From the NCBI GenBank assembly GCA_963819655.1, contig CAWFXA010000003.1, forward strand, positions 640,001 through 704,000: a stretch of 64,000 bases of DNA, read 5' to 3'. The DNA comes from an uncultured Chloroflexia bacterium (GTDB lineage: Bacteria > Chloroflexota > Limnocylindria > Limnocylindrales > CSP1-4). The translations under genes were made by a program, and so were the position numbers. Of this stretch, positions 49,148 to 60,498 are shown piece by piece. Each line of letters starts with the position of its first letter. Position 1 is the stretch's first letter. The notes under the pieces are model-generated. The model was not told where the DNA came from. It did no database searches and saw only the letters and a list, made by a program, of their open reading frames with translations.

Positions 49148-50268
49148 GGAGCGGCTGGTGGCGGTCCCCCGCCGAGGGTCCTGATGATGTCGAACCCGGA
49201 GACCCAGATGATGAATCCGAACAGGAACACGAACCCGACCAGATAGGTCAGCTGCTCCGCGCGCACGCTGATACGCCGGCCGAAGATGCGCTTGAGCGTG
49301 ATCATCAGCATCCGCCCGCCATCGAGCGGTGGGAAGGGCAGGATGTTCACGACGGCGAGGTTCGCCGACAGGATGCCCGCGACGTACAGGGTCATGATCG
49401 GGCCGGCGTTGAAGAACACGTCACCGATCTGCGTCGCGATGCCGATCGGCCCGGACACGGGCGGCGGCGCGGTCGGGTCAGCGGCCACGGACGCGACGAG
49501 CGATCCCAGGCCCCCGATGATCAGGCCCATCCAGCGGATGGTGTGATCCGAGCCGACCTGCACGGCAGTTCCCAGGTCATTGGTGGTCGTGGCCCCATCG
49601 AAATAGGCCTCGAACGGCTTGGTGTTGCCGACGATCCCGAGGGCACCCTGGCCCGCGTCGATTGCCGCCTGGTCGCGGAGGGTGACCGTGACGTCGCGCC
49701 GGGACCCATCGGGGTTGTCGATGGTGAGGACGACTGTGTCCCCGGCGTGCCCGCGCAGGCCCCCGATGATCGCGGGGCCGGTCATGAGCTGATAGCGCTG
49801 ACCGTCGATGGCGACGATCGCGTCACCCGGCATCAAGCCGGCCTGGGCGGCCGGCGAACCGGGCTCGACCTCATGGAACCTGATGCCGGCCAGCGGCGAC
49901 GCGAGCCACACGATGCCGGCGAAGATCACGAACGCCAAAGCGAGGTTCATCACGACACCGGACACGAGGATGAGCAGGCGGACCGGCAGGCTCTGCGCCG
50001 AGAATGCCCGCGGATCGCCGCTCCGGTCGCCGTCTTCGCCCTCGAGCTTCACGAAGCCGCCGATGGGCAGCCAGTTCAGGGTGTACAGCGTCTCGCCCTT
50101 CGATCTCAGGACCTTCGCCCGTGGCGGGAAGCCGATCCCGAACTCGAGGACGCGCACGCGCGCGAGGCGGGCGGTGATGAAGTGACCCAGCTCGTGGATG
50201 ACCACGAGCGTGCCCAGGATGCCGAAGAACAGGACGATCGTGACGATCGTCTGGAGGGCGTCGGTCAC
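49144..50268 (-). CDS. rseP: RIP metalloprotease RseP (M50)
   Basis: HELGH, PDZ domain, [11 protein letters not shown]. Confidence 0.93.
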   Translation of the reverse strand: MTDALQTIVTIVLFFGILGTLVVIHELGHFITARLARVRVLEFGIGFPPRAKVLRSKGETLYTLNWLPIGGFVKLEGEDGDRSGDPRAFSAQSLPVRLLILVSGVVMNLALAFVIFAGIVWLASPLAGIRFHEVEPGSPAAQAGLMPGDAIVAIDGQRYQLMTGPAIIGGLRGHAGDTVVLTIDNPDGSRRDVTVTLRDQAAIDAGQGALGIVGNTKPFEAYFDGATTTNDLGTAVQVGSDHTIRWMGLIIGGLGSLVASVAADPTAPPPVSGPIGIATQIGDVFFNAGPIMTLYVAGILSANLAVVNILPFPPLDGGRMLMITLKRIFGRRISVRAEQLTYLVGFVFLFGFIIWVSGFDIIRTLGGGPPPAAP

Positions 50269-51452
50269 GCCGGACCTCCCACGGACCCGGTCGCGAACGC
50301 CGCGCGGACCTCGGCGTCGAGGGCGATGAGCTCGTCGACGTCTGGCTCGCTCGGTCCGGTGCCCTCGCCGACGCCGAAGCGCTCGACGGCCGCCTCCAGC
50401 ACTCGCGGGATGCCGAGGAAGTCGAGGGATCCGGCGAGGAAGCGGGTCACTGCGACGTCGTCCGCGGCGATCAACGCGGCCGAGGCGCGCGGGCCTGCGA
50501 TCCCGGCCTCGCGCGCGATGCGGAGCGCCGGGAAGCGGTCCTCATCGGGCGCTCGGAAATCGAGTCGCGCCGTCGCGATCAGGTCGGGTGGGGCGGCGGG
50601 CGACGGTCGGCGGTCGGGGTAAGTCATGGCGTACTGGATCGGGAGGCGCATATCCGGGGTGCCCAATTGGGCCTTCAGGGAGCCGTCGACGAACCGGACG
50701 GCGGAGTGGACGACGCTCTGCGGGTGGATGACCACCTCGATCGCCTCGTACGCGACATCGTACAGCCAGTGCGCTTCGATGACCTCCAGGCCCTTGTTCG
50801 CGAGCGTCGCCGAGTCGATGGTGATCTTGTTGCCCATCGTCCAGGTCGGGTGATGCAGCGCGGCCTCCGGGGTCACCGCCGCGAGCTGACCGGGCGTCGC
50901 GTCGAGGAACGGTCCGCCCGAGGCAGTCAGGATCAGCGCCTCGACCGAGGCCATCGATTCACCGACGAGGCACTGCCACAGTGCCGAGTGCTCCGAATCG
51001 ATCGGGCGGAGCCAGGCGAGCGGGCTGGCGAACGGGTCGCCAGGAGTCGCGGACGCGACCCCCGCGGCATGACCGCGTGCAATGGGCATGACCAGGTGCC
51101 CGCCCGCGACGAGCGTTTCCTTGTTCGCGGTCGCGACGACCTTGCCCGCCGCGAGCGCCGCCAGGACCGGCCGCAGGCTGACGATGCCGCCGGTGGCGAC
51201 GACCACGAGGTCGACGTCGTCGCGCGTCGCGAACTCGATCAGCGTGGCGTCGGACGGCGTCACCGCAGAGGTGGTCGGGTTCAGTCGCGCGACCTGCTCG
51301 TCCAGCGCGGCACGGTTCGAGCCCGTCGCCAGCGCGACCGCGTGGAATGCCTCGGGGTGCGCGACCAGGACGTCGACGACCTGGTGCCCGATCGAGCCAG
51401 TCGACCCGAGGAGGGCGACGCCGCGGGACCTAGGCGATGACGGCGACGACAT
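50265..51452 (-). CDS. dxr: 1-deoxy-D-xylulose 5-phosphate reductoisomerase
   Basis: [34 protein letters not shown]. Confidence 0.97.
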   Translation of the reverse strand: MSSPSSPRSRGVALLGSTGSIGHQVVDVLVAHPEAFHAVALATGSNRAALDEQVARLNPTTSAVTPSDATLIEFATRDDVDLVVVATGGIVSLRPVLAALAAGKVVATANKETLVAGGHLVMPIARGHAAGVASATPGDPFASPLAWLRPIDSEHSALWQCLVGESMASVEALILTASGGPFLDATPGQLAAVTPEAALHHPTWTMGNKITIDSATLANKGLEVIEAHWLYDVAYEAIEVVIHPQSVVHSAVRFVDGSLKAQLGTPDMRLPIQYAMTYPDRRPSPAAPPDLIATARLDFRAPDEDRFPALRIAREAGIAGPRASAALIAADDVAVTRFLAGSLDFLGIPRVLEAAVERFGVGEGTGPSEPDVDELIALDAEVRAAFATGSVGGPA

Positions 51453-52257
51453 ACAGCGTCATCACGGGTGCCGCGAAGAGGAACGAGTCGACACGATCGA
51501 GGATGCCCCCGTGCCCGGGGATGAGCGTGCCGGAGTCCTTGGCATTGGCGGCGCGCTTGAGCATCGATTCCGCGAGATCGCCCGCCTGGGCGGCGAGCGC
51601 CGTGAGGGGTCCCAGCACGATGGCGTGGAGCGGCGACTGGCCGAGTCCGGCGAGGAGTAGCGCGACGACGACTGTCGAGGCTGCCACGCCGCCGACCAGG
51701 CCCGCATAGGTCTTGGAGGGCGATATGTGGGTCAGGAACCGTTCCCGCCCGAAGCGCCGACCCGCGAGATAGGCGCCCGTGTCGTACGCCCAGACCGTCA
51801 GGATCAGGAGCACGATCCAGCCGCGTTCCTGCCCCAGCACCGCCAGCGGCGCGGTGTCGGGCGGGGTCGGGCCGGCGTGTCCAAGGCGCACGACGAAGCC
51901 GAGCAGGCTCACGTAGATCGCCCCGAAGATCGTCGCCATCCACGTCGCCAGCCCGTCCCGCGGGTCGGGCCGCGTGAAGGCCGCGACCGCGACGAGGACG
52001 ACGCCGATGGCGATGAGCAGCAATCCGCTGCCCTCCAGGAGGTCGGGCACGGCCGCGTCGAGGATGACCGTGAGTGCCAGCACCGACCCGAGGGCAGGCA
52101 GGGTCGGATGTCCCGCAGCACGGAGGAGAGCGAACGCCTCGCGCGCCGCCAGGACAGTAAGGACCGCGATCGCGATCGACAGGGCAGCGCCGCCGAGCGC
52201 GACGACGATGAGGAGGAGCGGGACGAGGACGGCGGCGCTGGTCGCGCGCTGGCGCAC
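51430..52257 (-). CDS. cdsA: Phosphatidate cytidylyltransferase
   Basis: [35 protein letters not shown]. Confidence 0.95.
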   Translation of the reverse strand: MRQRATSAAVLVPLLLIVVALGGAALSIAIAVLTVLAAREAFALLRAAGHPTLPALGSVLALTVILDAAVPDLLEGSGLLLIAIGVVLVAVAAFTRPDPRDGLATWMATIFGAIYVSLLGFVVRLGHAGPTPPDTAPLAVLGQERGWIVLLILTVWAYDTGAYLAGRRFGRERFLTHISPSKTYAGLVGGVAASTVVVALLLAGLGQSPLHAIVLGPLTALAAQAGDLAESMLKRAANAKDSGTLIPGHGGILDRVDSFLFAAPVMTLYVVAVIA

Positions 52258-52263
52258 CCTGCC

Positions 52264-53085
52264 CTACCGCCCGAAACGGCGTTGGCGGCGCGCGAACTCG
52301 AGCAGGGCCTCGTCGAATGCGGCCGGCCCGAAGTCCGGCCACAGCGCCTCGCAGAAATAGAGCTCCGCGTAGGCCGACTGCCAGATGAGGAAGTTCGACA
52401 GCCGCTGCTCGCCGCCGGTCCGGATGACGAGGTCGGGGTCCGGCAGACCGGCCGTGTAGAGCGCCGTACCGACGGTCGCCTCGTCGATCGCCTCGGGCGG
52501 CGTGCCGGCGGCGACGAGCCGGCGGACCGCGTCGACCAGCTCGGTCCGGCCCGCATAGTTGAACGCGATGTTGAGAGTCAGGCGATCGCCGTCCGCCGTG
52601 GCGTCCAGCGCCTCGCCGATCGAACGGCGGGTCTCGTCTGGGAGCTCGTCCAGTCGGCCGAGCAGGCGCACGCGAACGCCCTGACGGCGCAGCTCGTCTG
52701 TCTCGCTTCGCACGGCCGCTTCCAGGAGCCCGAACAGGCCCGTGACCTCGTCGTCGGAGCGCGCCCAGTTCTCGCGACTGAACGCATACAGCGTCATGAC
52801 CGGCACGCCGCGGCGGACCGCGTGGCGGAGGATCTCGCGGATCGACTCGACCCCGGCGGCATGCCCCTCGATCTCGGGCAGCTCGTGCTGGCGTGCCCAG
52901 CGCCGGTTGCCATCCATGATGATCGCGACGTGGCGGGGCAGGTCGTCGGGCGTCAGGAAGGGCTCGGCCGCCTCCACCGCGCCGAGATCCGGCGCCTCGG
53001 TCGTTGCCGGCACGGCCGGCTCGTCGGTCGCCTCGTGGGCGATCGGCGGCGCGTCGGTCGGTCGTGCCAGCGGTGCGCGGGCCAC
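52264..53085 (-). CDS. uppS: Polyprenyl/undecaprenyl diphosphate synthase
   Basis: HVAIIMDGNRRWA, YAFSRENW, IRTGGEQRLSNFL. Confidence 0.96.
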   Translation of the reverse strand: MARAPLARPTDAPPIAHEATDEPAVPATTEAPDLGAVEAAEPFLTPDDLPRHVAIIMDGNRRWARQHELPEIEGHAAGVESIREILRHAVRRGVPVMTLYAFSRENWARSDDEVTGLFGLLEAAVRSETDELRRQGVRVRLLGRLDELPDETRRSIGEALDATADGDRLTLNIAFNYAGRTELVDAVRRLVAAGTPPEAIDEATVGTALYTAGLPDPDLVIRTGGEQRLSNFLIWQSAYAELYFCEALWPDFGPAAFDEALLEFARRQRRFGR

Positions 53086-53643
53086 CTAGACCTCGAGGAC
53101 CTCCTGCTCCTTGGACGACCCGCGCCGATCGACCTCGGCGATGTGCCTGTCGGTCGTCTTCTGCAGCGAGTCGACCTGGCGATGCGACTCGTCCGTACCG
53201 ACCCCGCCATCGCGCTCCTCGCGCTTCAGGTGATCGTTGGCGTCTCGCCGGATGTTGCGGATCTCCACACGCGCCTCCTCCATGCGCTTGTGGACGACCT
53301 TGACGAGCTCCTTGCGACGTTCCTCGGTCAATGGCGGGATGTTGAGGCGCACGACCGTGCCATCCACATTGGGCGTCAGGCCGATCTCGCTCTTCGTGAT
53401 GGCCTTCTCGATCGCGCCCAGCACGCTCCGATCCCACGGCTGGATGACGATCTGGTGCGGCTCCGGGACGCTGATCCCGGCGAGCTGGTTGAGCGGCGTC
53501 TGGGTCCCGTAGTAATCCACGAGGATGCGTTCGACCAGCGCCGTCGAAGCGCGGCCGGTGCGCACGGCCTGGAAGTCGCGCTCCATGGCATCCACGGCTC
53601 GGGCCATCTTGTGGTCGGCGTCGGAGAGGATCTCGTCGCTCAT
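53086..53643 (-). CDS. frr: Ribosome recycling factor
   Basis: [20 protein letters not shown]. Confidence 0.97.
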   Translation of the reverse strand: MSDEILSDADHKMARAVDAMERDFQAVRTGRASTALVERILVDYYGTQTPLNQLAGISVPEPHQIVIQPWDRSVLGAIEKAITKSEIGLTPNVDGTVVRLNIPPLTEERRKELVKVVHKRMEEARVEIRNIRRDANDHLKREERDGGVGTDESHRQVDSLQKTTDRHIAEVDRRGSSKEQEVLEV

Positions 53644-54404
53644 GCAGTCGGCCCTCCGCTCGAGATCAGCGTCCCGACCGGCTCGCCGGTCGCGACCTTC
53701 GTGATGTTGTCAGGTTGATTGAGGTCGAACACGATGATCGGGAGATCGTTCTCCATGCACAGACTCACGGCAGCCGCGTCCATGACCTTGAGCTGGTCGC
53801 GCAGGAGATCGGCATAGTCCAGTCGAGCGTAGCGCCGGGCTCCTTCGTTCGTCATCGGGTCGCGGTCGTACACGCCGTCGACCTTGGTCGCCTTGAGCAG
53901 GACCTCGGCGTTGATCTCAACCGCACGCAGGGCCGCAGCGGTATCGGTCGTGAAGTACGGATTGCCGGTGCCGGCCACGAAGATCGCCACGCGGCCCTTC
54001 TCGAGGTGGCGGATCGCGCGCCGCCGGATGTACGGCTCGGCGACCTCGTTCATCGCGATGGCGGTCATCACGCGGGTCGGCACGCCGGCCTTCTCGAGGG
54101 CGTCCTGGAGGGCCAGGCCGTTCATCACGGTCGCCAGCATGCCGATGTAGTCGCCGGTCGCCCGATCCATGCCGCGGGCGGCAGCCGCCATCCCGCGGAA
54201 GATGTTCCCGCCACCGACCACGATGCCGACCTGCACGCCCAGTGCATGGACGTGCTTGACCTGATCTGCGATGAACGCGCAGAACTCCGGGTCCACGCCG
54301 TATGGCCGGTCGCCCAGCAGGGCCTCGCCGGAGAGCTTGAGCAGGACGCGCCCGTAGGTGACGCCGCGTTCCTCGGCCACGGCTGTCGGGGCGGTGTCGC
54401 TCAC
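53640..54404 (-). CDS. pyrH: UMP kinase
   Basis: [25 protein letters not shown]. Confidence 0.97.
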   Translation of the reverse strand: MSDTAPTAVAEERGVTYGRVLLKLSGEALLGDRPYGVDPEFCAFIADQVKHVHALGVQVGIVVGGGNIFRGMAAAARGMDRATGDYIGMLATVMNGLALQDALEKAGVPTRVMTAIAMNEVAEPYIRRRAIRHLEKGRVAIFVAGTGNPYFTTDTAAALRAVEINAEVLLKATKVDGVYDRDPMTNEGARRYARLDYADLLRDQLKVMDAAAVSLCMENDLPIIVFDLNQPDNITKVATGEPVGTLISSGGPTA

Positions 54405-55000
54405 AGCTCTTCCCCAAGCGCGTACCGCGTGAACCGGCGCACGCGGATGTTCTCGCCGATCGTCGCGATCTTCTCCACGATCAGCGCGCGGACCGTTCGT
54501 TCCTCGTCGCGGAACGGCTGATCGACCAGGCAGACCTGGGCGTACCACTTTTTGAGCTGCCCTTCGACGATCTGCGGACGGATGGCCTCGGGCTTGCTGT
54601 TGACGGACTCGTCGGCGGCCAGCTCTGACTTTTTCGCCTCGAGGTCCCCCGGCGGGATCGACTCCTGGTCGACATAGAGCGGCGCGAGTCCGGCGACCTG
54701 GACCGCCAGGTCCTTCACGAGCTTCTGGAACTCGTCCGTCCGAGCGACGAAGTCGGTCTCGCAGTTGACCTCGATGAGCACACCGACTCGACCGCCCGTG
54801 TGGATGTAGCTCGAGACGAGGCCCTCGCGGGCATCACGGCTCGACTTCTTGGCAGCCGCGGCCAGACCCCGCTCGCGCAGGATCACGACGGCCTTGTCGA
54901 GATCGCCGTCGGCCTCGGTGAGGGCCTTCTTGCAGTCCATGAAGCCGGCGCCGGTCCGATCGCGCAGTTCCTTGACCAGCTCCGCCGAGATGTCTGCCAT
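54401..55000 (-). CDS. tsf: Elongation factor Ts (short form)
   Basis: [28 protein letters not shown]. Confidence 0.97.
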   Translation of the reverse strand: MADISAELVKELRDRTGAGFMDCKKALTEADGDLDKAVVILRERGLAAAAKKSSRDAREGLVSSYIHTGGRVGVLIEVNCETDFVARTDEFQKLVKDLAVQVAGLAPLYVDQESIPPGDLEAKKSELAADESVNSKPEAIRPQIVEGQLKKWYAQVCLVDQPFRDEERTVRALIVEKIATIGENIRVRRFTRYALGEEL

Positions 55001-55101
55001 GGGTGGGTGTGCTCCTGTTCCTTGGTGTCATGCGGGCGCGCCGGGCGCCGCGGTGATCGATGCGTCGTGCGGGTGGCGCCGCGATCGTGCGGCGCCGGGT
55101 C

Positions 55102-56067
55102 TCAGACCGGGTTGTCGACCTCGGCCTTCTCGGCCGCTTCGCGGGCGAGCTCGGCGGCGATCTCCTCGGGGGTCGCCTCCGCGGCCTCGGCCACGGCCGC
55201 CTCGGCGCGCGCGACGCGGTCGCCGGGCAGCAGGTCGTCGTCGTCGGCATCGGGCTCGAATGTGAGCGCGGCACCGCCGGCGAGCGCGGCGACGAGTTCG
55301 TCGCTCGCGCCTGGGGCCTCGTCCTCGCCCTCAGCCGCGGCCGCCGGCTCGAACACCTCGGGCTCGCTCGCCGCGCGGTTCGAGCGCTCCTGGGCACCCT
55401 CGATCGCGGCCTCCGCCACGAGCGTGCAGAGCAGCCGGATCGCGCGGATGGCGTCGTCGTTCGCTGGGATGATGAAGTCGAGCTCGTCGGGGTCGACGTT
55501 GGTGTCGCCGGTCCCCACGACCGGGATCTCGAGCTTGTTGGCTTCGGTCACGGCGATGCGCTCGCGGTGGGGGTCGATGATGAAGATCGCGCCGGGCAGG
55601 CGCTTCATCTTGCGCATGCCGCCGACCGTGGCCTGGAGCTTGATCATCTCCTCGGTCAGCTTGGCGGCTTCCTTCTTCGTCATGCGCTCGAAGTCGCCGG
55701 CGCCCTGCCGTGCCTCGAGCTGCTCGAGCAGGCCGATGCGCTTCTTGATGGTCGTGAAGTTCGTCAGCATGCCACCGAGCCAGCGCTTGTTGACGAACGG
55801 CTGGTTGGCTCGCGTCGCTTCGGCGGAGATGGGCTCCTGGGCCTGCTTCTTCGTGCCGACGAACAGCACCTGCTCGCCGCGGGCAACGGTCTCGCGGACG
55901 GCCTCGAGGGCGACGTCGAGCCGCTGCACGGTCTGGGCGAGATCGATGATGTGGATCCCGTTGCGCTCCGCGAAGATGAACGGGCGCATCTTGGGGTTCC
56001 AGCGGCGCGTCTGGTGGCCGAAATGGACCCCGGCTTCGAGAAGTTGCCGCATGGAAACGGACGGCAT
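55102..56067 (-). CDS. rpsB: 30S ribosomal protein S2 with an acidic C-terminal extension
   Basis: [37 protein letters not shown]. Confidence 0.98.
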   Translation of the reverse strand: MPSVSMRQLLEAGVHFGHQTRRWNPKMRPFIFAERNGIHIIDLAQTVQRLDVALEAVRETVARGEQVLFVGTKKQAQEPISAEATRANQPFVNKRWLGGMLTNFTTIKKRIGLLEQLEARQGAGDFERMTKKEAAKLTEEMIKLQATVGGMRKMKRLPGAIFIIDPHRERIAVTEANKLEIPVVGTGDTNVDPDELDFIIPANDDAIRAIRLLCTLVAEAAIEGAQERSNRAASEPEVFEPAAAAEGEDEAPGASDELVAALAGGAALTFEPDADDDDLLPGDRVARAEAAVAEAAEATPEEIAAELAREAAEKAEVDNPV

Positions 56068-56595
56068 GATGAGGCGACCTCCTGTCGGTTGATTCCTCCG
56101 CGGACCCTCGCTGATCCCCGGGGACCGGTCGCTTGCGACGGCCGGCACCGCCCGGTGGGAACGGTCCGCGTGTGGGCTCCGCTCGGTGCCGTGGGGACGG
56201 CGTCGGCGGGCGATGCGGTTGGTGGCCGGAATCCGGCCCGGACCGGCGCGGAGTGTAGCACAGGGGTCGTGTTCGACCTGCGGATGCCGAGGAGCGGCGT
56301 CGCCAGTTTCGTGCACCCCCGAGGGGCCCCTGGCGGCGCGGCGGGTCTCACGACCCGCGGCGGGCTCCAAACCACGAATGTCGCGTCTGAGGACGACCTA
56401 ATGTCCTGTCCAAGGGCCGGATCGGCCGCCTGGGCCGCGATGGAGGCCCGTTTTCCGCATCCGACCGTGCGCTGTGTCGGGCTCCATCCGCGTTCGGCAT
56501 GTTGGGTCAGACGGCGGACGCCTTAAGGTCGCCACGATCCGCGTCCTCCATGGTCGCCGGACCATTCGGAGTCCGGGCGGGGCTGTGCCCCTCGC

Positions 56596-57009
56596 TCAGA
56601 ACGCCGCGCGGTGGTGCCGAACGCGCGGCTCCCCTCCCCCGACACCGGGCTCGACCACGACCAGGTCGAAGCGGACCGGCAGCCGCGGCAGGTTAACGCC
56701 GTCGGGGAGCACGCCTCGATCGAGCAAGCCATACGTCGCCATCCGGACGTGCGTGCGCTTGCGGTGGTCGACGGTCTCCTCCGGCAGCCCGAAGCTCCGA
56801 GACGCCCGCCAGCGGACCTCGACGACCACGAGCGTGGCCGGCGGACCCGGGTCGACCGCCACGAGATCGAGCTCGTGACGGCCGACATGGACGTTCCGGG
56901 CCAGGACGGTCCAGCCAGACGCCAGAAGGCGGACCAGGACCAGCGATTCGGCGGTGTCACCTGCCTGCTGGGCGGCGGTCCGGAGTGGCGAGCCGGTCGA
57001 GCCTTCCAT
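56596..57009 (-). CDS. yraN: YraN family (PD-(D/E)xK-like) protein
   Basis: GWTVLARN, ELDLVA, VEVR, RFDLV; downstream of rnhB. Confidence 0.85.
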   Translation of the reverse strand: MEGSTGSPLRTAAQQAGDTAESLVLVRLLASGWTVLARNVHVGRHELDLVAVDPGPPATLVVVEVRWRASRSFGLPEETVDHRKRTHVRMATYGLLDRGVLPDGVNLPRLPVRFDLVVVEPGVGGGEPRVRHHRAAF

Positions 57010-57113
57010 GCGTCGGATGATGATGAGAACCGCTCACCGGTCGGACATCGCCCGCTTCACCCGCGCTTATCCGGCCCGTCCGGCTCGCGAGCAGTGCGCG
57101 CGGCACATCGTCG

Positions 57114-57887
57114 TCAGGCGGGAGACGACTCCAGCGCGACCAGGTCGCCCGCATCGAGCGCCGCATCGTCGACCATGACCGGCACGAGCTCCTGCTCCAG
57201 CAGCTCATGGATCGACTGCGACGCCGCCGGATCGCCGAGCAGATCGAAGTCGAGCTGGTCGCCGGCCAGCGTGCGCTGCAGCGCCAGGAACGACCGGCGG
57301 TGGAACGGCGTGAGGCCGAGCGCCCGGATGGCGTCCCGGTGGTGGCGTGTCGCATAGCCCTGGTTGTGCTCCCAGCCATAGCCCGGGTAGCGGGCCGCGA
57401 GTTTGATCATCATCCGGTCGCGCACGACCTTGGCCACGATCGACGCGCACGCGATCGAATAGACCTTCGCGTCGCCGTCGACGACGTTCGAGTACGGACC
57501 GACCTGCGCCTCGAATCCGACGATCCGGTTGCCGTCGACGATCACATGCTCATGGCCGCCGATTCGCCCGATCGCCCGGCGCATCGCCAGGTGCGTCGCA
57601 TGATAGATGTTCAGCTGGTCGATCTCGCGCACTGAGGCCGCCCCGACCCCGATCGCCACCGCGCGCTTGCGGATGATCGGCGCGAGACGTTCGCGCTGGG
57701 CCATCGACAGCGTCTTCGAGTCCCGCACGCCGGGGATCCGATGGCAGCCAGGCTTCATGATCACCGCGGCGGCGACGACCGCGCCACACGTCGGCGCGAC
57801 CCCGACCTCATCCACGCCGACGACGCGGGTCAGACCCTCATTCCAGAGACGGCGTTCGTGGCGGAGGGTCGGGACGATGACGGCCAT
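57114..57887 (-). CDS. rnhB: Ribonuclease HII
   Basis: GVDE, DSK, VDGN, SIACASIVAKV.RD, GY, HRRSF. Confidence 0.93.
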   Translation of the reverse strand: MAVIVPTLRHERRLWNEGLTRVVGVDEVGVAPTCGAVVAAAVIMKPGCHRIPGVRDSKTLSMAQRERLAPIIRKRAVAIGVGAASVREIDQLNIYHATHLAMRRAIGRIGGHEHVIVDGNRIVGFEAQVGPYSNVVDGDAKVYSIACASIVAKVVRDRMMIKLAARYPGYGWEHNQGYATRHHRDAIRALGLTPFHRRSFLALQRTLAGDQLDFDLLGDPAASQSIHELLEQELVPVMVDDAALDAGDLVALESSPA

Positions 57888-57965
57888 TCGGGTGACAAGC
57901 GTACCCGAATCGAACGACCCCGCCGGTGGGACGGGGTCGGAGGAGTCGCCGAGGCGGTCGCCAGG

Positions 57966-58310
57966 CTAGCTGCGGCGCTCGCGGAGGGTCGCGGCCTTGC
58001 CGACGCGCTTGCGCAGGAAGTACAGCTGCGCGCGGCGGACCTCGCCGTGGCGGAGGACCTCGATCTTGTCGATGCGCGGGCTGTGGATCTTGAAGGTCCG
58101 CTCGACGCCGACCCCGGACGCGATGCGCCGAACCGTGATGGAGCGAGTGATGCCACCGCCGCGGAGACGCATCACGATGCCCTCGAAGACCTGGATGCGC
58201 TCGCGGTTGCCCTCGACGACCTTGGCGGAGACTTTCACGGTGTCACCCGTGGCGAGCTCCGGCAAGTCCGTGCGGAGCTGGTCCTGGACGATCTCGTCGA
58301 GCACGTTCAC
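57966..58310 (-). CDS. rplS: 50S ribosomal protein L19
   Basis: [32 protein letters not shown]. Confidence 0.97.
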   Translation of the reverse strand: MNVLDEIVQDQLRTDLPELATGDTVKVSAKVVEGNRERIQVFEGIVMRLRGGGITRSITVRRIASGVGVERTFKIHSPRIDKIEVLRHGEVRRAQLYFLRKRVGKAATLRERRS

Positions 58311-58573
58311 GCGGCGGTTCCTTGATCGTTGGCAGCCGAAACTGCGGGTCGGGCGATGGGAGGTGGCCGCGTGGTGGGCGACCGACGGCGGAGTATAGCA
58401 CGGGGTCCTGTTCCAGCCGGGCCGTCGCGGGGCCGGACGTCGCGGGCGTCGTATCGTCAGAGGTGACAAGCGACGGAGGGATCCGCTGCGCGATCGTCCC
58501 GGTGGAAGGACCCCCGGCCCTCGTCAGCCGCTCCTTATCACTCCTGACACAACGACCAGGCAAGCATTCCTGA

Positions 58574-59251
58574 TCAGCGGTCCTCGCGCAACAGATCCGG
58601 CCGGCGCGCGCGGGTCCGCTCGAGCGCGCGCTCCTGGCGCCACGCAGCCACCGCGCCGTGGTCGCCCGACGTCAGGATCGGTGGCACGTCCATGCCGCGG
58701 AACGACGGTGGCCGTGTGTATTGCGGATATTCCAGGAGGCCTGCGCTGAACGACTCCTCGTCGGTCGACGCGTCGTCGATGGCGCCGGGAAGCAGCCGGA
58801 TCACGGCATCGATTACCACCAGTGCCGGCAGCTCACCGCCCGTCACCACGTAATCGCCGATCGACAGCTCGATGTCGACGAAGGCGCGGATCCGCTCGTC
58901 GACGCCTTCGTAGCGCGGGCAGACCAACACGATGTGATCGCGCTGGGCGAGGTCCATCGCACGGGCGTGGCCGAAGACCTCGCCACCCGGGTCGAGCAGG
59001 ACGACCAACGACTCTGGCCGTTGCACGGATTCGATCGCCGCCACGACGGGCTCGACACGCATCACCATCCCGGCACCACCACCGTACGGCGTGTCGTCGA
59101 CCGATCGGTGCCGCCCCAGGCCGAACTCGCGCAGGTCGTGGACACCGATCGTGGCGAGGCCGCGCTCCTGGATCCGACCCGGGATGCTCTCGGACAGCGG
59201 GCCGGAGACCATCGATGGGAAGAGCGTCAGGACGTCGATCTCGAGCGTCAC
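58574..59251 (-). CDS. trmD: tRNA (guanine37-N1)-methyltransferase
   Basis: [38 protein letters not shown]. Confidence 0.97.
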   Translation of the reverse strand: MTLEIDVLTLFPSMVSGPLSESIPGRIQERGLATIGVHDLREFGLGRHRSVDDTPYGGGAGMVMRVEPVVAAIESVQRPESLVVLLDPGGEVFGHARAMDLAQRDHIVLVCPRYEGVDERIRAFVDIELSIGDYVVTGGELPALVVIDAVIRLLPGAIDDASTDEESFSAGLLEYPQYTRPPSFRGMDVPPILTSGDHGAVAAWRQERALERTRARRPDLLREDR

Positions 59252-59940
59252 AGGGAGTTTTCCGCTGGCGGGGGTGAGCCTCCCGGGGGACGGGTCGAGC
59301 CTTCCTCCGGCGCGCCCTCGGGCAGCGAGTCTTCAGGCGGTCGCGGCCGACGCGTCTTCCGGCGTGGTGCACGAGGCCGATCGGGATCGGTCCGTCGGAC
59401 CTTGGGCGGCTGGAGACCGAGCGCCTCGGCATCGACCACGATCTCGCCTCGCCGTGGAGCAAAGACCCTGATGAACGCACGGACCGCCGGCAGGTCGAAC
59501 GTCCCGAATGGCTCCCCGGTCACCACGTAGACCTCGTTCTCCCCGACACGGTAGATGTCCTGGACGACCCCGAGGTCGCGGCCGTCGACGTCACGGATGG
59601 TCACCCCCATCACCTCGTGCCAGTACACCTCGCCGCGGGCGAGGTCGGCTGAGGGACGCACAACGGTCTCCAGGTACGCACCCCGCAGGGCGTCGGCCGC
59701 ATCGCGGCTCGTGACCTCGCTGAATCGGATGCGCCAGCCGGGTCCGTCGGCGACCGCTTCGGCAGATGTGATCGTCAACGGCGCGTCGGATCCCTCTCGA
59801 TGGAGCACGACGCCTGGGCGGAAGCGTTCCTCCGGGCGGTCGGTGAGCACCTCGACACGGACCGCGCCGCGCAGGCCATGGACGCCGCGCACGAGGGCGA
59901 CGACGAGTCGCTGCGTGGCGTCGCCGAGACCGGCGGCCAC
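59248..59940 (-). CDS. rimM: Ribosome maturation factor RimM
   Basis: [11 protein letters not shown]; EVYWHEVMG; conserved synteny. Confidence 0.92.
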   Translation of the reverse strand: MAAGLGDATQRLVVALVRGVHGLRGAVRVEVLTDRPEERFRPGVVLHREGSDAPLTITSAEAVADGPGWRIRFSEVTSRDAADALRGAYLETVVRPSADLARGEVYWHEVMGVTIRDVDGRDLGVVQDIYRVGENEVYVVTGEPFGTFDLPAVRAFIRVFAPRRGEIVVDAEALGLQPPKVRRTDPDRPRAPRRKTRRPRPPEDSLPEGAPEEGSTRPPGGSPPPAENSL

Positions 59941-59954
59941 CGAAGCCGTCTCGC

Positions 59955-60188
59955 TCAGACGATCTCGAGCTGGACCGGCTCCCCGTCCCGGGCGGCGGTC
60001 ACCTTGAGCAGGGTGCGCAGGGCCTTGGCGACACTGCCGTTGCGGCCGATGACCTTGCCCATGTCGTCGTCGGCGACGTGGAGCTCGATGACGGTCGCAC
60101 CGTCTTCCTCGATCACCTCGACCTTCACTGCATCGGGATCATCGACCAGCGACTTCGCGACGTACTCGACCAGTTCCTTGGCTGCCAT
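59955..60188 (-). CDS. khpA: KH-domain RNA-binding protein
   Basis: LVDDPDAV, DMGKVIGRNG..AKALRT. Confidence 0.92.
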   Translation of the reverse strand: MAAKELVEYVAKSLVDDPDAVKVEVIEEDGATVIELHVADDDMGKVIGRNGSVAKALRTLLKVTAARDGEPVQLEIV

Positions 60189-60199
60189 CGTTCGCGCTC

Positions 60200-60454
60200 C
60201 TACTTGCCGCTGGGCAGGATGCCCGCCTGCTTGAACAACCGGGCGACGGTGTCGGACGGCTGAGCGCCCTTCGAGAGCCACGCCTTCGCCTTGTCGGCAT
60301 CGACGCTCAGCTCGATCGGCTCGGTTCGTGGGTTGTAGTGACCGATGGTCTCGATCGCGCGGCTGTCCCGCGCGCTGCGAGCGTCGGCGACGACCACTCT
60401 GTAGGTCGGCTGCTTGGTCGCGCCGACGCGCGTCAGCCGGATGCGGACTGCCAT
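60200..60454 (-). CDS. rpsP: 30S ribosomal protein S16
   Basis: [28 protein letters not shown]. Confidence 0.97.
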   Translation of the reverse strand: MAVRIRLTRVGATKQPTYRVVVADARSARDSRAIETIGHYNPRTEPIELSVDADKAKAWLSKGAQPSDTVARLFKQAGILPSGK

Positions 60455-60498
60455 CTGTGTCGTATCCCTCCTTGGGCTGGGGCGGGCTGGGGACCCGC

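Noticed and set aside
54401-55000. Short EF-Ts as a truncation
   Set aside because: The ~200-aa form is a known natural variant in several phyla
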